Shown here: in pieces, positions 55,844 through 64,000 of the stretch
Layout of the letters: every line of letters starts with the position of its first letter
Position numbering within the stretch: position 1 is the first letter of the stretch
From: Eledone cirrhosa
Taxonomy: Eukaryota
DNA length: 64,000 nt
NCBI GenBank assembly: GCA_964016885.1
Contig: OZ024743.1
Location: forward strand, 344,286,001-344,350,000
Reading direction: 5' to 3'
The notes under the pieces: model-generated
What the model was told of the DNA's origin: nothing
Database searches by the model: none
The model's input: only the letters and a program-made list of their open reading frames with translations
Translations under genes and position numbers: made by a program

Positions 55844-56161
55844 CAGGGGTGTGCAACATATTCCATTGGCGAGCCACTTTTGAACATTGGAACAACTATT
55901 AGGGCCATTAATATTTATTAAGCACTATTCCAAAGATTCACCACGACTTCTTTCCATAACATGGAACTGGTAAATTATAACACACATATCCCTATCATTG
56001 AAGCCCTTCAGTATAGATCATCTAACAGAAAATCGTATTACTGTTACGAAAAAAATTCTAAATAAGCCTACAAGGTAAAAATCAAAAACGGTCATCGCGG
56101 GCCACTCTGACTGGTCTAGCGGACCGGATTATGGTCCGTGGGCCACCTGTTGTACGCCCTG
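55844..56161. mobile_element. hAT MITE nested in a SINE
   Basis: TIRs CAGGGGTGTGCAAC and GTTGTACGCCCTG. 8-bp TSD CTCAAGTC/ATGAAGTC (6 of 8). The flanks form one SINE related to 75-220. Confidence 0.72.
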
Positions 56162-56399
56162 ATGAAGTCGATCTATACCTTGTGAGTAAAACCGGGTAGA
56201 CGGAAACAGTTGTGTGTGCGTGTGAAGTTTGAGGTTTTTTCTTTTTCTTGTATTTGCGTTTTTGTTTTTTTTTCGCTACGAGAAGACGAAATCATTGTTT
56301 GTTTCAGATGATTGTGTGTTTCTCTGTATGTTTATGCGTGTGTTTATTGTTTGGAGGGGAGGGAGTGGGAGAGCTTTCTTCATCTTCCCTTTAAGTTGA

Positions 56400-56960
56400 A
56401 TCCGTATTAGTTGTTGTTGATGATGATGTAGTTGCTGCTACTGTTGCTGGTGCTGTTTCTTTTTCTGTTGATGTCCCGGCAACGGAGCTTTGCAACCCTC
56501 TGCATTTTCCGGCTGAGTGCAGAATGCTCACAGATGTGTCACTTCGCCGCATCCGAAGCAGAGTGGCTTTCTGCTCTTAGTGATCACTTGTATTAGACCC
56601 GCCCTGTAGGCGAACATAGTCCGGGATATTTTTAAGTTGGTTCTGCCTGATTTGGAGAAAAATCTCCAAATCCATCCCTGACCAGTCTTCTCTTAGCGTT
56701 TTACTTATGTCTAGGAGGGTACCATCAGTACCATCCTTGACCACGCATCCTAGGGGTCCCCATTATTTCAGTCATGGCGGGATCCTGGTAATGCGGACCT
56801 TCATCGTTCTTTTGCCCGTATAGGATGGGTACATAATAATGTAGTGTAGTCCGGGTGTCTCATGGCAAGGGCCTAGGTTCTGAACAGCACCGAGACGGTG
56901 CTGAAATGTTTGGCCCTTGCTAAGTACTCAATGTCTTCTCTGATGCATTCCAGTTTTCAC
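56400..56960 (-). pseudogene. Decayed Tx1-type ORF1 fragment
   Basis: Manual minus-strand translation gives YPSYTGKRTMKVRITRIP (cf. YPSYMGRRTQRIKV in ORF1 at 50.4 kb) and a CFGCGEVTHL*AFC knuckle. Confidence 0.7.
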
Positions 56961-57024
56961 TTGTCTGTTAATATGTATGTGAATATGTCTTGACAGACTA
57001 AACAACAAAGGTGATAATGATAAT

Positions 57025-57275
57025 AATATGGAAAATGAAAACAGAAACATTACCTATAATAATAGGTGAACTAGGGAGGATAAAAAAAACTCACACAGAC
57101 AAATACATAGCCAAAACCCTAGGACTTACAAATATATAAGAATACAAAAGATCGCACTACTAGGCACTGCACACATATTACGAAAAGTGCTATCAATACA
57201 ACGGAAACAACATCAGCAAAAACTACACTGCTCATACCCAAGGCGCACAGAGCAGTGCTCGGTAAAGCAGTAATG
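57025..57275 (+). mobile_element. 3' end of another R4/Dong-like LINE
   Basis: Translation LPIIIGELG and IQKIALLGTAHILRKVLSIQ. Followed by (TAA)/(TAG)n. Confidence 0.7.
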
Positions 57276-57322
57276 ATGTAGAATAGAAATAATAATGGAA
57301 ATAATAATATTAATAGCAGTAA

Positions 57323-57379
<57 letters not shown>

Positions 57380-57478
57380 CAACAGCAGCAGTAGTAATGG
57401 TGGTAGTGGTGGTAGTGGTGGTAGTGATGATGGTAGTGGCGGTAGTAGTAGTGGTAGTAGTAGTTGTAGAAGTAACAG

Positions 57479-57549
<71 letters not shown>

Positions 57550-60502
57550 ACATCTTGTATTCTCAGTTACTCAACACCCCTGAAATCAAGATAAGCTCCG
57601 TTCGCTCTTTTCAAACTTGAAGAAAAAAAAATGGACGCAAAACATTAAATCATCGAAAGTACGAGTGAAAGAATTTCTGAATGAATGAAATGAGGTAAGC
57701 CGAACGTGAATCGAACTATTGTCGCAAAAAAGCAAATCTAGTTGAGTGTAGTGTAATGTACTACAACTCTTGGTTTCCTCGAACGAAGCTTTATGACTTT
57801 ATCTCAAAATATTGTTTACGATATTATATTTTTGTTTTGAATAACCACCATTATCTTGTTATAAAATTATTGTTGTTATTGCTAGAATTGATAATACTGT
57901 TGTCATTGTTATTGCCAATGATGATGATGAGGATGATTATAATGGTAGTGGTGGTAGTAATGATGATGATGATGATGGGGATGATGGTGAAGATGGCACT
58001 GATGGTAATGATGACGATGATTATGGCAATGTCGTTCCTTAATGAATGAGATACACAGAATAATTGGATTAGCTATCATATCTCTATTAGAGCTTCTATA
58101 ACAAATGTTATGCACCTTCATGGGTTCCTGCACCACAACAATATAATACATTGTTCTCTCATTAAAACAGCCTAATCCTAATATCAACAATTTACACGAC
58201 AGAGAAACAAGAATCCATATTGATGACAAATTAACCTGCACACAAATATTGTCCTATTCAGAGTTAGGGTTAGGGTTAGGGTTAGATTTCTGTAAAGTCA
58301 TGTGTCCCCATGAATAGGACAAATATTGTTATATCCAATAGACTCATATTTCTATCCAGTGTTAGAGTTAGAGTTAGGGTTATTATTTGAGATAAGTATA
58401 TAGTATTTTAGAAACATATGTCAGGACAACACTCCTCAACTTTAAAGTGCATAAAAAATAAAAAGCTATAAGAATAATGATAATTTTAAACGTAAACATT
58501 ACATAAACTCACAAGTTATGGGGTATGATATAGTCGACTTTAACAAAACAGTTGTGGATTGTTTATTTTATCAACCTATGAGTTTTGACTCACTATTTTC
58601 AAGCTCTTTCGTTTCTATTTTTTCCGATAGTCTTCAATCATTCTTCAGTTTCCATCTCCTCCTCATCATCGCAAAACTACGTATGCTCTGTTTCTTCTAC
58701 CCTCTAGTTATTCCTGTGCCGGAAGTGGACACATTTTGTTTTCTCGTTTGAATTCCGGTGCTAGTGGCACTGATGTTGAAACGATTTGATTAGTTTCAGC
58801 TCTAACTATCGCTATGCTCGAAAAGAAGGATGCTCTGGATAGAGCGTTTTAGAAGCCAATGTCTTCTGCTTTGGATCCTGTTGCTGTTGCTCTCTCTGCT
58901 GCTGTCTGCCATCTTATTTTTTATGTTGTCTTTTCTCCTTCGTTTGAACTAACAGTCCTGAATAAGTGGTATACGTGTAGCACCTAAACCTCCTGATGTG
59001 CAAACCCAGTCTGATTTAACTATTCAATAAGATACAATGCATTCAATAGGATACAGTCTTCTGAATGTGGTACATGGTTGTGCTTTAGATGTGTGTCTTT
59101 GTTTGAATATAGTTGTTAATACAGTAGCGGGGTGTGTAATGAGGATTGATTGAGGGTGATAAATTCAAGGGTTTGGTTATAGCATTTTGTTTTTGTGCGA
59201 TATATTTATGGTATTCAGAGAGATGGTTAATTGTACATGATTTTCTTTCATGATTCTGATGAAGGAGATGGCGGATTCAATATGTGTTACTTTCAGTAAG
59301 TTTGTCAGGGTTTTATTGTTTTTGCTGATGTAGGAATGTCGTTGCTGTTATGTTTTTTTAATGTTGATACTTTTGTATGTGTACAGCTGTGTTTGAAAAT
59401 TATAAGAACATATTACTGTAATTTAAGGCATGCTAATGTTATTCCCGTGTGTATGTAGCTAATTAAATGATAAAACATATATACAATCATTTTATGCAGT
59501 ATTCGAATTGATAACAACGACTATTATGGATACTATGTAGAGATACAGATAGAAGCTACGAGCGGAATCACGTGACATATGACGTCAGCATGATTTAATC
59601 ATCAATCCTTAAGCAGTTTCGCTTGGTAGTAATTTTCGATTTTGCTTATGTTAAGTGTAGTGTGGTGTAATATTTACATTTTCTGGTCTATTTCCGAAGA
59701 ATTTGCTTTGCTTTACTTTCCTTTCTAATAATTCCATGTTTAGCTTCTTTATTCAACTTCTGTTATTGTCCCCACAATTACCTAGATGCAAGTTCTTACA
59801 TATCAACCAGCTGATTGACACACGGTGAATGTTATAGAGGTTATTACACAACGTGATAATATTTAAAATATTAACGTAAAGATATTTAATATTTATATGA
59901 AATATGTTTTATAATAAAATCACAGAAATTTAGAAAAATGATAACACACAGTCAGTAACGACGGATCAAGATTTTGACCCTCTCTATTGAAAGATCATGA
60001 GATAAGATCGAGGTGAATTTTATGTTGCTCTCATTTAAACCTTACAGAATTCCATCTGAAAGTACACATTGTGAAATTAATATAAATTTCAAATATTAAC
60101 AACATAAGTATTGAAGAAGTGATACATGTATATATATATATTTAGTTTCATTTGCATTAGGTGGCTTGGTAGAAGCGTTAGAGCATCGGATTAATTGCAT
60201 TATAATTTGTTCCGGCCCACTGAAGTTAACTTTGCTTTTCATTCTTTCTGGTCGATAAGCAAAGCTGTAGATTAGCTTAGATTAGCTTGTGGTATTTGTT
60301 CTAACACTGTGCATTCTAAAAAGTCCCATTTATTGTCACCAGAAATGCGGCAACGCTTCTTCCAGGAGTTCTTGGGGGCATATAGAATCTACAATGTTCC
60401 TTTGGTCCGATTTTTTGATCGGCTCTTTGCCCTTCATGCAATAATTTGAGGTGTAAGCCTTTTTCTTAGCAGGAGAGTATCATTACGTTTTTATCTAAAT
60501 GG

Positions 60503-60618
<116 letters not shown>

Positions 60619-60627
60619 ATATATATA

Positions 60628-63040
<2,413 letters not shown>

Positions 63041-64000
63041 AACGCGTCTCTTGCATTCGTCGGTCTGATATACGAAGAAGAATTTCTGTGGAGAGTCAGA
63101 AATAGAATCTGCAAGGAAAAAAGAAATAAAATATATAAAAACTATATTTTGATATATGCAAAAATTTCAGCTCGTTAAGCTCGCCGAACCATTCTCTATA
63201 AGTGTCTTTTATTAGCGAAAAGCATCGCATTATAGTGAAAGTTGCATACATACAGATTGCCCAATAGATTTCAAATTAACTTCATCCACTTTTCCGATAG
63301 ACAATTGGACAGCTATGGAAAATTTATGCACTTCCAAGTAACTCAATTAATTTTCAGAACAATGAAAATGTAACTTTTGCATTGGAGAATAATTTTTGTT
63401 TCTTTCGCAGCGTTACTATCTAAATATGAAGATGGTGTAAGTAAGGTAAAGAACTTTTGACGAAAATTCAATGCTAAAAGTGAAGAATTTATACCAAAAG
63501 ACAATAAACAAAGTATTGAAAACGGTGAATTCAAATGTAATTTATGCTTGAAATTGTGTCAATTATATCTATGTACAGCTATACTGAAGCGATAATTATA
63601 TGAAGACCGTTGTCGATGCTAATACAGCTTCCACTCATTTACAGATTAATGAATAACGGCGAGGAAAAGGAAGAGGGTATGATATGTGGTGGTAATGGTG
63701 GTGATAGTAATAGAGGGGGAACATTGTGAAAGATAGAGAGAGAGGAGGGAAAAACGGAGTGAGAGAAAGAGAGGGAGTGAGGGAGAGAGAGTAAAAGAGA
63801 GTGGGAAAAGGAGGGAAAGAGGGAAAAAGGAGAGAGATAGAGATAGAGATAGAGATAGAACAGGTTTGGGTAAGATGCTGAGTGTGTAATGGTTAGGTCC
63901 ATTCTCTGCCGTCTGTTAATGTACCAGTGAAATAAAAGCGAAAAACGACCGTGATTTCAAGTCAATGTTTAAATACGGAAAATAGAATATGTTTGAAGCA

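Noticed and set aside
58262-58381. Short (TTAGGG)n runs
   Set aside because: Only 3-4 units, interstitial. Insufficient to call a telomere or fusion relic.
59256-59310. CTGATGA heptamer
   Set aside because: No downstream GAAA with compatible stems, so a chance match.

Overview
Eukaryotic, AT-rich, microsatellite-saturated DNA with no recognisable host protein-coding gene. The abundant tRNA-derived SINE and the (TA)n density suggest an octopod cephalopod (inference). Almost all short ORFs in the track are microsatellite translations. The real coding content is retroelements: a near-intact Tx1/L1-type LINE (45.5-51.2 kb, minus) in a (TCTA)n tract, a near-intact Penelope-like element (PLE; RT plus GIY-YIG, Naiad-like) with a perfect inverted pLTR (34.1-37.5 kb), two more PLE remnants, and R4/Dong-, CRE-, RTE- and mariner-type fragments. 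There are also non-autonomous Helitrons, hAT and Tc1/pogo MITEs, and about 20 SINE copies. The most striking signal is a set of more than a dozen short non-coding fold-back insertions in (TA)n tracts, from several unrelated families. Many carry type I hammerhead ribozyme (HHR) motifs with a palindromic minimal stem III. Two families are ORF-less partial tandems (about 435 nt and 317 nt monomers, one HHR each) and look like non-LTR retrozymes, probably mobilised by the local PLEs. All structures were folded by eye and need computational and experimental confirmation.
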